Shown: piece after piece, positions 52,103 to 62,769 of the stretch | Layout of the letters: each line of letters opens with the position of its first letter | Numbering within the stretch: position 1 is the stretch's first letter | Assembly: GCA_963778555.1 (NCBI GenBank) | Contig: CAVZUR010000005.1 | Location: forward strand, 161,756 to 225,755 | DNA: 64,000 nt | Direction of reading: 5' to 3' | DNA from: Candidatus Moraniibacteriota bacterium | Lineage (GTDB): Bacteria; Patescibacteriota; Minisyncoccia; Moranbacterales; UBA1568 | The notes under the pieces: generated by a model | Told to the model about the DNA's origin: nothing | Database searches by the model: none | What the model saw: the letters and a program-made list of their open reading frames with translations, nothing else | Program-made: the position numbers and the translations under genes

Positions 52103-52150
52103 CGTTCCAAACGGCGGGTAGCACTTTATTTGCTCCCGCCGCTTTCTTTT
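52103..52150 (+). terminator. Rho-independent terminator
   Basis: ggcggg-(18 nt)-cccgcc is followed by gctttctttttt. Confidence 0.5.
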
Positions 52151-52376
52151 TTCAGAAAATTGAGCTGCTTATTTCTTCTCTCCGAGCTTGTGTGGATTGT
52201 GATTCGGGCAGGTTTTGTCGCTGCAGCGTTCGGGAATAGTTTTCGGTCACAGATAATCCATCCGTCGTCACGGCTGGATTTCCGCGACCCCGACTCGCGG
52301 TTTCGTCTGCTAACGAAACATCGCTCCGTCTCACGAAAACGACTACCCATGCAAAGCAGTTTGCATGGGTCTTTGG

Positions 52377-54592
52377 TTAAGTCTTTAGTTTCTGAGGGTT
52401 ATGGTTGGGGCAGGTTTTATCCGAACAGCGCTCGGGTATGGTTTTCGTGCCTTCCATCAGGAGCGCGCCGCAGACCTTTCCCTCTCGGTCTTCACGCTTA
52501 TAGGCGCAGAGCGCTCCCGTCGGTTTGGCTTTGATGGCGTGCTTGCAGTCGGGATAATTGGAGCAGCTGTAGAAGATGCCGAAACGGCCGCGCCGTTCGG
52601 CCATCTCGCCCTTCTGACAGACCGGGCATTTCACGCCGGTGGTGACGAGATTGGCTGGATCGTCTTTTTTCACGTACTTGCATTTCGGATAATTGTTGCA
52701 GGCGACGAACTTTCCGAAACGGCCTTCGCGCTCGACGAGTTCGCCCTTCTCGCAACTGGGGCATTTTTCGCCGGTGGCTTTTGGGCCTTCCACCACTTTT
52801 CCCTCAAGTGTGAGGGCGCCGGTGCACTCCGGAAAGCGGCTGCAGCTGTAAGAACTTTCCCGTTCGGCCGAGCTTGATGATCATCTCGCTCTGACAGACC
52901 GGGCAGCGCATTTCGGCTGGCGCCGCGCCGAGATTCGACATCTTCTCGAGCTTGTCCTTGCTCTTCACAGCCTTGGAGAACGGACCATAGAAGTCTTTGA
53001 GCGTCTTGCCGTACTCCCGGGTACCGAGTGCGATTTCGTCGAGCTGGTCTTCCATGTCAGCAGTAAAGGCGTCGGAGAGGATCTCGGCGAAATGAAGCGA
53101 GAGGAAATCGTCGACGACTTCGCCGGTTTCGGTGGCGATAAGCGTCCGGCCCTCTTTCTCGACGTAGCCGCGCGTCTGGATGGTCTGAATGATCGAGGCA
53201 TAGGTCGAGGGACGGCCAATACCGCGTTTCTCGAGTTCTTTCACGAGTCCGGCTTCGGTATAGCGTTTCGGTGGCTCCGTCCATTTTTCTTCGCTGGTCG
53301 AGCGTCTGGAGCGTCAGCGTTTCACCGACGGTGACTTTCGGGAGTTCGGTATCTTCGCCGCGGGCAGCGGTATCTTCGCGCGAGCCAACCGGGGAATATG
53401 ACGATGGAGCCGGTCGTCGCGAACACCGGAACGGCAGTATCGCTCGCGCGCGCGGTAATCTTGGTACGGAGGATTTCAGCGTCCGCCATCTGCGAAGCGA
53501 TCGTTCGGGTGCGGATGAGCGCGTAGAGATTTTTTTCCTCATCGGTCCGGCCATAGATCTTGGCATCGATATGCGTCGGTCGGATCGCTTCGTGGGCTTC
53601 CTGGGCATTCTTACTTTTCGTCTTGAACGTACGCGGCAGGACGGAGCGTTTTCCATGCGTCTGTTCGATGAGGGTGAGAATGTGCCGGACCGCTTCCTGG
53701 TTCAGGTTCATCGAGTCGGTACGCATATAGGTGATATGGCCCGCTTCGTAGAGTTTCTGAGCGACCTTCATCGTGCGGCTCGGCGCGAATCCGAGGCGTG
53801 AGCTGGCGGCCTGCTGCAGGGTGGACGTCGTAAAGGGCGCATAGGGACTGCGTTTGGCGGGCGTCTCCTTCACATCTTCGATCACCCATGTTGATTTCTT
53901 CCCGCGAGTGACGATCGATGCCGCCTCGTTTTCGAGCGGCGGTCTCATCGGCTTTGGGCCGAGGTTCGGTCGTGTGGGTGAGCGTCAGGGTTTCATGGAG
54001 GGCATTCGTAAAACTGCCAGTGAACTGAAAGAATATCTGCGGAATGAACGCGCGGATCTCTTTCTCACGCTGGACGAGAATATGGAGCGCGGGGGACTGG
54101 ACGCGGCCGGCCGAGAGGCCGTAGCGGAGCTTCTTCCAGATGAGGCCGGAGAGATCATAGCCGACGAGTCGGTCGAGCACGCGGCGCGCTTCCTGGGCCT
54201 TGCGGAGATTCTCGTCGAGCGGCCGAGGATGGGCGATGGCCTCTTTCACGGCCGCCGGCGTGATCTCATAGAACAGCACCCGTGCGGGTTTTTTCAGTCC
54301 GCAGGTAACGGCCAGATGCCAAGCGATCGCTTCGCCCTCGCGGTCGGGGTCGGTGGCGAGGAGGACGACAGAGCTTTTCTTGGCGAGTTTTTTGATGGAT
54401 TCGACGACGGCTTCTTTGCCGGGCGAGATGACATAGTTCGGCGACGAAGCCGCCCTTGATATCGATGGCGGACTTGTTGCTTTTGGGGAGATCGCGGATA
54501 TGACCGATAGAGGCGACGACTTTGTATTCGCCGTCCAGATACTTTTCAATCGTTTTCGCTTTGGAAGGGGATTCGACGATGAGGAGTTTCAT
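52377..54592 (-). pseudogene. topA: DNA topoisomerase I, fragmented by at least four frameshifts
   Basis: Minus-strand track ORFs carry in order the TOPRIM N-terminus [36 protein letters not shown] (54266..54592), [17 protein letters not shown]...GRVQSPAL (53611..54549), ...YMRTDS... (53322..53948), ELEKRGIGRPSTYASII (52804..53244) and C-terminal Zn-ribbon repeats CPSCEKGELVEREGRFGKFVACNNYPKCK (52377..52796). They lie in different frames. Confidence 0.75.
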
Positions 54593-54675
54593 GTGATGAG
54601 GTGTTTAGCGTCCGCGGGTATAATGCATGTTCCCGATGTTTTTTACAAGTCCGCGGAGCTCGAGCCTCGTGAGGA

Positions 54676-55758
54676 TCATGTGCACCTGCATCGTCTCCAG
54701 TCTAACGGAGCGATGAGGTTGTCAATGTGGAGGCCTTCATGGGAAAGCGCCTGGTAGATCCGATTCTCGTCGGGATCGAGATCGATAGGCATTGCTTCCA
54801 CCCAACCCATTACTGGTTTTCCGGGCGCCAGCTCTTCGAGAATATCCTGGACTCCCGTGACGAGCCGGGCACCGTCTTTGAGGAGCCGGTGCGTACCAAT
54901 CGAGGTCGGGGAGAAGATTGATCCCGGTACGGCAAACACCTCTCGGTTATAGTCGAGGGCGAGCCGGGCGGTGATGAGACTGCCGGAATCTTCGGCCGCT
55001 TCGATGACGATGACGCCCTGGCACAGGCCGGCCATGATGCGGTTCCGGGCTGGAAAGGTACCGACGGTCGCGTTGGCGCCAGGCGCGAGCTCGGAGAGGA
55101 GCGCACCATGTCCCATAATTTCCTGCGCTAATCGGAGATGCGATTGTGGCGAGATACTCCGGTCATCGATCCCGCTGCCAAGAATCGCCAGGGTCGTTCC
55201 ATCGGCTTCGAGCGTTGCTTCATGGGCGATGCTATCGATCCCGAAAGCGAGACCAGTGACTATCACATAACCAGCTTGGGAAAGCGCGCGGGTGAGTTCG
55301 GTTGCGACCTGTTTGCCATAGCTCGTGAATTTCCTTGACCCGACGATAGCGAGGAGGGGGCGCTCATTCCATTCACGGAAACTACCTCGTACATATAAGA
55401 GCGCTGGTGGATCGGGAATCTCAGTGAGGAGTGCCGGAAAAAGGGTCCCAGTGAAGGGAAAAACTTCGATACTGCTCTTGGCGAGTTTCTCAGATTCAGC
55501 CCCCGGATCGAGACTCTTTCGGCTGAGAGCCATCGCCATGAGTCGTGGTTGACCGAGGGCCTCCCAGCCGCTGTCCGGCGCTTCCCAGGCGGCTTGGGCC
55601 GAACCGAAAGTACCGACCAGCAGGCGAATAGTTTTGGCGCCGCAGCCCGGGAGGCAGTTCAGGAGGTGGAAGGCAAGGGATTCATTCATATATAAGTGAG
55701 CCATTCTAGATGAAGGCTGGCTTTGAAGCAAGTTGGGCGATCCTTGCTCTTTTTTCAT
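54676..55758 (-). CDS. dprA: DNA processing protein DprA (Smf)
   Basis: It has a Rossmann-like DprA domain (...LLAIVGSRKFTSYGKQVATELTRALSQAGYVIVTGLAFGIDSIAHEATLEADGTTLAILGSGID...GTFPARNRIMAGL...) and a C-terminal winged-helix. The track ORF runs on to 56484, but that part is antisense to the next gene; I placed the start at the Met giving ~360 aa. Confidence 0.8.
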   Translation of the reverse strand: MKKEQGSPNLLQSQPSSRMAHLYMNESLAFHLLNCLPGCGAKTIRLLVGTFGSAQAAWEAPDSGWEALGQPRLMAMALSRKSLDPGAESEKLAKSSIEVFPFTGTLFPALLTEIPDPPALLYVRGSFREWNERPLLAIVGSRKFTSYGKQVATELTRALSQAGYVIVTGLAFGIDSIAHEATLEADGTTLAILGSGIDDRSISPQSHLRLAQEIMGHGALLSELAPGANATVGTFPARNRIMAGLCQGVIVIEAAEDSGSLITARLALDYNREVFAVPGSIFSPTSIGTHRLLKDGARLVTGVQDILEELAPGKPVMGWVEAMPIDLDPDENRIYQALSHEGLHIDNLIAPLDWRRCRCT

Positions 55759-55818
55759 GCGGTTGCTATACAAAGAACGCTGGGATTTCCAGAGCAACTT
55801 GAAAGATTGGAGTGGCAC

Positions 55819-56984
55819 ATGACGACAGTTTCGGTTGGTGATAAGTACGCTCAGGACGGGGTGAACATCTCCGCCGGCGATGCCTTCAGCGCCTTTGTCG
55901 GCGGCATCTGCCGCGAGAGCTACGGCAACTCTCCGTATGTCCAAGTGACGGACCTCTCTCGAGGCGCTTTCCGCGGTCCGCGCGGATTCAATTTCCAGGG
56001 TCTGCCCGAGGGCTACATGATCGCAGGGGCGATGGACGGCGTCGGCACCAAAGTGGTGCTCATCGACGCGGCGAGGACGTTCGGCGAGGCGGCGCAAGAC
56101 GTCATCGCCATGACAGCGATGGACATCACGCGCTACGGCGGGTTTCCCCTCGTCTTCATGAACATCTTCGACGTCAATTCGCTCGGCGCGCCCGGGTCGG
56201 AGACATTCGAGCATTGCCGACTCATCATGTCCGGTCTGGGGACGCTGGCGAAGCAGCACGGCTACGTGATTCTGACAGGTGAGACGGCCGAACTCGGCCT
56301 CTGCGTCGGGTCCGAAAACCGCGATGCCTCGGTGATGTTCAACTGGGGCGGCGCGATGATCGGCGCCTATCACTCCGAGAAGATGATTCTCGGCGATACG
56401 CTCGCTCCCGGCCAGGCTGTCATCGCGCTTGCCGACGGATTCCGGAGCAACGGCATCAGTTCGGTCCGCAAGGCACTCCGCCATCGGTACGGAGCCGAAT
56501 GGTGGGCGTCCAGCAAGATGCTCAGGCGAGAGAGGATGTCCGGGCTTGCGCCGCGCCGTCGACTCAATACGACCGATTCCTCAATCGGATGCACGGCTGG
56601 CTTTCGCCCGAAACGGACTATGAGCCGCTGGTGCGCATGCACGGCATCGTGCACCTTTCCGGCGGCGCCTTCGAGTCGAAACTCGGACATGACTTGCTTG
56701 CCCCGCACGGCCTCTCGGCGCGGCTCGATACGCTCTTCGAGCCGCCGCTCGTCATGCGCCAGTGCGCCGTTTGGCGCGAGCTCTCCGCCGAGGAGTGCTA
56801 CCGGACTTGGAACGGCGGGCAGGGTGCGCTTGTAATCGTCGAAGCAGCGGATGCGTGCGTATTCCTCCGAGCGGCACGGGAACACGGAATCCGGGCCAAG
56901 GTTGCGGGGAAGACTCTTCCGCAGCAGGAATACCGCGTCGCGCTCCGTTCCCAGTTCGGCAGCCAGTGGATCAGCTACAACTGA
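55819..56984 (+). CDS. AIR-synthase-related (PurM-like superfamily) protein, with a frameshift near 56500-56530
   Basis: The N-terminal frame gives MTTVSVGDKYAQDGVNISAGDAFSAFVGG...AGAMDGVGTKV... (PurM N-domain). The C-terminal domain (...MHGIVHLSGGAFESKL...GGQGALVIVEAADA...) is in the frame of track ORF 56499..56984. The RBS GGAG lies 7 nt upstream of the ATG at 55819. Confidence 0.65.
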
Positions 56985-57065
56985 ACTCCATGTCGGTCAA
57001 TGCACTGGCTTCCGAGCCCGGTCATCGCAAGATGGCTGGGCTGTTATTTTGATATACTGGAAGCC

Positions 57066-57534
57066 ATGAAAGCGACGAAACACTACTGGCTCATGAAGAG
57101 CGAACCGGGCGAATATTCAATCGATGATTTGACGCGCGACAGAGCAGGCACCATGGGTGGGCGTGCGCAATTATCAGGCGCGGAATTTCATGCGTGATGG
57201 GATGCGAGTAGGTGACGGCGTGCTCTTCTATCACTCCAGCTGTCCGGAACCGGGCGTGGCCGGTCTGGCCGAAGTGGCGAGCGCTCCGTATCCCGATACA
57301 ACGCAGTTTGACTCCAAAAGCCATTATTATGATCCGAAAGCGACGCAAAACACCCCGCGCTGGATATTGGTGGACATAAAATTCTCCATGCGCTTCGAGA
57401 ACATCATTCCGCTCATAGCACTCCGTCGAGAGAAAAACCTGCAGAACCTGTTCATTCTCCGTCCGGGTAACCGCCTCTCGGTCACGCCGGTGACAAAGCG
57501 GGAATACGAAACAATCGTTTTGATGGCGCGCTAG
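57066..57534 (+). CDS. EVE domain (PUA-like) protein, with a frameshift near 57145
   Basis: MKATKHYWLMKSEPGEYSIDDLTRD... is joined in another frame by WVGVRNYQARNFMRDGMRVGDGVLFYHSSCPEPGVAGLAEV..., which are the diagnostic EVE motifs. Confidence 0.6.
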
Positions 57535-58532
57535 CTGGAGACGATATTTTGGCACGTGCCGTCGACAAAACAAGCGATATTGTCGATCGTCGTCCCGAGG
57601 ATGCGGTGCAGCGCCTCGTCCGAGTAGAAAGCAATATGCGGCGTATAGACGACATTGTCGCGGCTTAAGAGATTGTGGTCTTTCATGAGTTCCGAAACGT
57701 CTTCATAGATCTTGGCGCCAGAAAGGAGCTCGTTCTCCTCTTTGATGAGGTGCTCGCCCTCCAGGACGTCAAGCCCGGCACCGGAGAGCGTACCTCGGTC
57801 GAGCGCTTGAATAAGCGCGTCATTGTCGACCAGCTCGCCCCGGGCGGTATTGATGAGGATAGCGCCGCGTTTCATCTTGGCGACCGCGTGTTCGTCGATG
57901 AGATGATGCGTTTTTTCATTGTACGGCGTGTGGAGCGTGATGATATCGGACCGGGCGAGCAGCGTGTCGAGCGGCACGTAGTCGAAATCGAGTACGTCCG
58001 AGAGGAACCGGTTTTCAAAGGCATCATACGCCAGGACACGCATGCTGAAGCCGCGCGCGATCTTGATGACGTGGAGTCCGATCCGGCCGGCGCCGATGAT
58101 ACCGATAGTCTTATCCTTCAAATCAAAACCCTTCAGTCCGTCGATTGAGAAATCATTGTTCAGCCGGCGCATATGGGACTTGTGGACATTGCGCGACAAC
58201 GCCAGGATGAGCGCAAACGTATGTTCAGCGACGGTATGTTCGCCGTAGGAGGGGACATTGGAAACGGCAATTCCTTTCGCTTTTGCCGCTTTGATATCGA
58301 TGTGGTCGAAGCCCGTCGAGCGGGTCGCGATGAGACGGAGGTTCGGTAACCCGTCGATGATTTCCTGGCCCACGTGGCTATAGATGAAGACAGAGAGTGC
58401 CTCACAGTCCTTGATTGCCGGGAGGTCGGAAGCCTGGAGCGGTTTGTCGGAAAAAAAGAGCTTATGACCGAGGAAGGCCTCCTCGAGAAGTGGACGTTCC
58501 CACGCTTGAATCTCAAAAAAAGCGATGCGCAT
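57531..58532 (-). CDS. D-isomer-specific 2-hydroxyacid dehydrogenase (D-lactate dehydrogenase-like)
   Basis: It has the NAD-binding motif GIIGAGRIGLHV and catalytic Arg/Glu/His in ...NTARGELVD... and ...YTPHIAF.... The track ORF starts 5 codons earlier at 58547. Confidence 0.85.
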   Translation of the reverse strand: MRIAFFEIQAWERPLLEEAFLGHKLFFSDKPLQASDLPAIKDCEALSVFIYSHVGQEIIDGLPNLRLIATRSTGFDHIDIKAAKAKGIAVSNVPSYGEHTVAEHTFALILALSRNVHKSHMRRLNNDFSIDGLKGFDLKDKTIGIIGAGRIGLHVIKIARGFSMRVLAYDAFENRFLSDVLDFDYVPLDTLLARSDIITLHTPYNEKTHHLIDEHAVAKMKRGAILINTARGELVDNDALIQALDRGTLSGAGLDVLEGEHLIKEENELLSGAKIYEDVSELMKDHNLLSRDNVVYTPHIAFYSDEALHRILGTTIDNIACFVDGTCQNIVSS

Positions 58533-58593
58533 AGACGTTCGTTTCATGGATTGACAATGCTATTATACAGGCTGAAACAGCAATGGCGAATTC

Positions 58594-59667
58594 TTGTCCC
58601 CACACAGTATGAGCACACCAGACACAAACCCCACTCCACCAGCTGCCGCCGGGACGGGGAGTATTCTGCTCACAGATGAGTCGGGGGTCGCAGTCTATGC
58701 CAATGAGGGCATTGCACGACGGACGGGATTTTCCGTCGGTGAGATTGTTGATTCGAAGCCGGGAAAGCTCTGGGGTGGGCGTATGCCCCGAAGTTTTTAC
58801 CAAGGGATGTGGCAAGCGCTTCGGCAGGAGCAGTCGACCTTTGTCAGTACCGTCACCAATCAGTCGAAGGAAGGCAAGCCGTATCAAGAGCTGCTGGCGG
58901 TAGCGCCGCTCGAGGGGATGGATGGTTCTATTCGGTATCTGGCGCTCCGTCCGTCCCGGCCCGAAGACGGTTCTCAGTTTATCAGCGAATGGCAACGAGT
59001 TTTCAATCGTCGTCAGCTTCCCACGAATGTCGCATTGCCTTGGCTGCGTCGCTGGTTTCCGGCGGAGACAGAGGGTGTGGCACGTTCGGCAAAAGGACTT
59101 TTTTCCGATTGGGCGGTACAGCACTGGGTGCAGGCGCTCCGTGACCGATTCCGCCGCCGGATCGATGATCGGCAGCTCATCGAAGCAGCTCAGCACGACC
59201 CGCAAGCGTTTCAAGTACTCTACGAAAAATATTTTGAGACCATTGAACGCTATTTCACGCGGCATCTTTCAGGTAATCATGATCAAGTGCTCGATTTGAC
59301 CCAGGATACATTCATTCGGGCTTTTGAACGGCTTGAGGGCTATGAAACGCGGAATGCGGCGTATGGAACCTATCTCCTGCGGATTGCCCATAGCGTACTC
59401 TTGAACTCTTTCCGCCGCCGCTCCATGTTGGAGCTTTCGCCTGAGCAGGCCGCCCCGCTGACACAGGAAGCAGCATCAGTCGAGTTGAATTGGATCTGGG
59501 AGACGCCTGAGCTGAGCGATCGCGAGCGGGTCGTCCTCTCGGCCTATTATCGCGAGGGGTACTCGGTCCGTGAGATTAGTCTCTATCTCGGTCATTCAGA
59601 AAACGCGACCAAATTGCTCCTGTCGCGTGCCAGAAAGAAACTGCGTCCGCTGTTCTCTAGTAGCTGA
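58594..59667 (+). CDS. PAS domain fused to an ECF-type sigma-70 factor (sigma regions 2 and 4)
   Basis: The N-terminal ~190 aa have a PAS fold (ILLTDESGVAVYANEGIARRTGFSVGEIVDSKPGKLWGG...). The C-terminal region has ECF sigma region 2 (DQVLDLTQDTFIRAFERL) and region 4 (...LSDRERVVLSAYYREGYSVREISLYLGHSENATKLLLSRARKKLR). Confidence 0.7.
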   Translation: MSPHSMSTPDTNPTPPAAAGTGSILLTDESGVAVYANEGIARRTGFSVGEIVDSKPGKLWGGRMPRSFYQGMWQALRQEQSTFVSTVTNQSKEGKPYQELLAVAPLEGMDGSIRYLALRPSRPEDGSQFISEWQRVFNRRQLPTNVALPWLRRWFPAETEGVARSAKGLFSDWAVQHWVQALRDRFRRRIDDRQLIEAAQHDPQAFQVLYEKYFETIERYFTRHLSGNHDQVLDLTQDTFIRAFERLEGYETRNAAYGTYLLRIAHSVLLNSFRRRSMLELSPEQAAPLTQEAASVELNWIWETPELSDRERVVLSAYYREGYSVREISLYLGHSENATKLLLSRARKKLRPLFSSS

Positions 59668-59773
59668 GAGATAATATATATACCATAGGTTGTTTAGATA
59701 GGTGTCACATGACACCTTTTGTCGTTTGGGGTGTTTAGGAGAGTAGACACTAAAAATAATTGACTGTCTCTCT

Positions 59774-60379
59774 ATGCTCGCTGCCCGCTTGAAAACCATT
59801 GTTCTGCCGGTGGCGTTTGGGGTGTTGCTCGGCATCAGCGCCGTCCATTTCAGTGAGCGGCCAGTAACCATTACCAATGCTGACCGGATCCGCGCGTACT
59901 ATGAGACGGAAAATGCTGTCATTGTGAGTCCCCATAGCCTTCGGAAGCGAATGGACAAAGCGGATACCAGCTTCATTCTTGTCGACCTCCGTAGCGCAGC
60001 GGAATACGAGCGGGAGCATATCGCTGGCGCGGTGAGCATCCCAGCCTACTCGGATCCCGATACAAGCGCGTATGACGATGTGGAGCGCATTCTTGGGGCC
60101 TTCCGAGCGTTACCGCCAGGCAAAGAGACCATCGTCTACTGCTATAGCCGGCCCTGCATGACGGGGCGCAAGATTGGACTGATGCTCTCGGAGAACGGCA
60201 TTTTTGTGAAGCATCTCGGCATCGGTTGGAATGAATGGCGTCATGACTGGACGGGCTGGAATCATGAGCATGAATGGGCACTGACGCGGCCTGAGGACTA
60301 TGTCGTGAGCGGCCCCGAGCCGGGGGTGACAAAAAATGCGACGCCCTCTGACCGGTGCGCGGGGCCGTTCGGCTGCTAA
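59774..60379 (+). CDS. rhodanese-like sulfurtransferase domain protein with an N-terminal TM anchor
   Basis: It has the rhodanese fold with the active-site Cys loop (IVYCYSRPCMTGRK). Confidence 0.7.
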   Translation: MLAARLKTIVLPVAFGVLLGISAVHFSERPVTITNADRIRAYYETENAVIVSPHSLRKRMDKADTSFILVDLRSAAEYEREHIAGAVSIPAYSDPDTSAYDDVERILGAFRALPPGKETIVYCYSRPCMTGRKIGLMLSENGIFVKHLGIGWNEWRHDWTGWNHEHEWALTRPEDYVVSGPEPGVTKNATPSDRCAGPFGC

Positions 60380-60395
60380 TAAAAAAATAAAAACT

Positions 60396-62769
60396 ATGCC
60401 CCTCTATAAGATTCAGAAACGTAATGGTGCTATCGTTGATTTTGAGCTGAAAAAAATTGAGACAGCGGTTGGCAAAGCAATTGCGGCCGTGAGGACAGCT
60501 GATCCGGAGCGGGCCCGCGTCTTGGCCGTGGACGCAGCGGCGCTGTGTGATGAACGTTTCGGCGAGCGCATTCCGAGCGTCGAAGATATTCAGGATATCG
60601 TCGAGGAAACACTCATCCAGTATGACTATGCCGATGTGGCCAAGGCCTATATCCTCTATCGCGAGAAACGGCGCGAGGTGCGCGAGGAGCGAAATGTTGT
60701 CGTCCAGGTAGAGAAGGCGGTGACGGAATACCTCGAAGAAGCTCGACTGGCGCGTCAACGCCAATTCGAATCAGGGCTATTCGCTCGGCGGGATGATTCT
60801 GAACACGGCCGGCAGCGTCATCGCGAACTACTGGCTCTCGCATATCTATCCGAAAGCAGTTGGTGATGCCCATCGCAATGGCGACTACCATATCCATGAT
60901 CTCGATATGTTTTCCGGCTACTGTGCGGGCTGGAGCCTGCGCGTCCTCCTGGAGGAGGGGTTCAACGGCGTGCCGAACAAGGTCGAGTCCGCGACCGCCG
61001 AAACATCTGCATCGGCCGTGTCGCAGATGGTGAATTTTCTCGGGACGCTGCAGAACGAGTGGGCGGGAGCGCAGGCGTTCTCGAGCTTTGATACCTATCT
61101 GGCGCCGTTCGTGAAGAAATATGAGATTGGAACTCACGGGCCGATATCGAGGAGGTACGGGATGCAGTTCGCGTAGAGCGAGGCCGCGAAAGAGCGAACT
61201 ATGTCGCCGACAAGGACTACGACTATGTCTATCAGAATATGCAGTCATTCGTCTTCAATCTGAATATCCCGTCGCGCTGGGGGACGCAGACGCCGTTCAC
61301 GAATATCACTCTCGATTGGGACTGCCCGGCGGATATGCCGAGAAGTGGCTGATTCTTGGCGGCGAGCCGTTCGCGTACACATTTGGCGAACTGCAGCGCA
61401 GAAATGGATATCATCAATCGCGCGTTCATCGAAGTGATGTCGAAGGGGGATGCCAAAGGCCGTACATTCACCTTTCCCATCCCGACATACAATGTGACCA
61501 AGGATTTCAAATGGGACGATCCGAAGAATCTGCCGCTCTTCGAGATGACTGCCAAGTATGGCACGCCGTATTTCCAGAACTTCATCAATTCCGACCTCAA
61601 TCCGAGCGATGTGCGCTCGATGTGCTGCCGGCTGCAACTTGATCTGCGCGAACTGCGCAAACGCGGCGGGGGATTGTTCGGCTCGGCCGAGATGACCGGA
61701 TCGATCGGCGTCGTGACCTCAATGCCGCGCGCATCGGCTATCTCGCCCGAGGCGACAAGGAAAAGTTTTTCAAGCCGGATCGGGCACCTGATGGAGCTCG
61801 CCAAGACATCGCTCGAGATCAAGCGTAGAGGAAATCCAGAAGTGGATCGATCGCCGGACTGTTCCCGTACACCAAGCGCTACCTCGGTTATCTGAAGAAT
61901 CATTTTTCGACGATCGGTATCAACGGCTATGAACGAGGCGATTCGGAATTTCACTGATGACCGGGAGAATATCACGACAGAAGAAGGGCACAGGCATTCG
62001 CCGCAAGAGATTCTCGACTTTATGCGCGAGAAAGATCAAGGATTATCAGGAGGAGACGGGAAATTTCTACAATCTCGAAGCCACGCCGGCCGAAGGCACG
62101 ACGTATCGTTTCGCCAAGGAGGACCGCAAGCGATTTCCGGAGATCCTCCAGGCCGGTACCGCGGAAGCGCCGTACTATACGAATTCATCGCAGATCCCGG
62201 TCGGGTATACGGACGACGTGTTCGAAGTGCTCGAGCTGCAGGATGCGTCTCCAGACGAAGTATACCGGCGGGACGGTGCTCCACTGCTACATGAATGAGA
62301 CAGGTGAGCTCGGGACAGGCGTGCCGCAATCTGGTGCGGAACATCCTTACCAATTTCCGTCTGCCATACATCACGATCACGCCGACATTCTCGATTTGTC
62401 CGAAGCACGGGTATCTCGCAGGGGAGTATGACTATTGTCCGAAGTGCGACAAGGAGCTCGGGATCGATGCGCGTTTCGCACTATGATGCCGAGCTCGCAA
62501 AACCTATGCGAGTCCTCACGCCGAAAAATAAAAAAATTAATTTAAAAAGTATGCATGAAGTATCAGGCATGGCGAAGGAAGTCGGATCGGACTCGAACGC
62601 TGGGCGGACACGTTGCGAGGTGTGGACCCGCGTCATGGGCTATCATCGGCCGGTGTCACATTTCAACATCGGGAAAAAGGCGGAGCATTATTCCCGTAAG
62701 CATTTCGAAGAGTGCGTGGCGGATAATAGTCATTTCAAAGTCCAGTATCCCGCAACATCCAAGGCATGA
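60396..62769 (+). pseudogene. nrdD: anaerobic ribonucleoside-triphosphate reductase (class III NrdD), fragmented by about seven or more frameshifts
   Basis: The ATP-cone N-terminus (MPLYKIQKRNGAIVDFELKKIETAV) is followed by pieces in alternating frames: ...YHIHDLDMFSGYCAGWS..., ...NIPSRWGTQTPFTNITLDW..., ...EKWLILGGEPFAYTF..., ...MDIINRAFIEVMSKGDAKGRTFTFPIPTYN... and ...APYYTNSSQIPVGYTD.... The C-terminal Zn-ribbon (CPKHGY...CPKCD) and the glycyl-radical motif (CEVWTRVMGYHRPVSHFNIGKKAE) end at 62769, overlapping the nrdG start. Confidence 0.75.

Noticed and set aside
51564-52124. 186-aa minus-strand ORF mirroring the GC-rich plus-strand gene
   Set aside because: The plus strand has the promoter, RBS-ATG and terminator. 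The minus ORF has none of these and is typical of high-GC antisense open frames.
55760-56484. N-terminal 240 aa of the 602-aa minus-strand ORF containing dprA
   Set aside because: DprA homology begins only at ~55758. The upstream part is antisense to the PurM-like gene (55819..) and has no DprA or SAM-domain features, so the gene was truncated to the DprA start.
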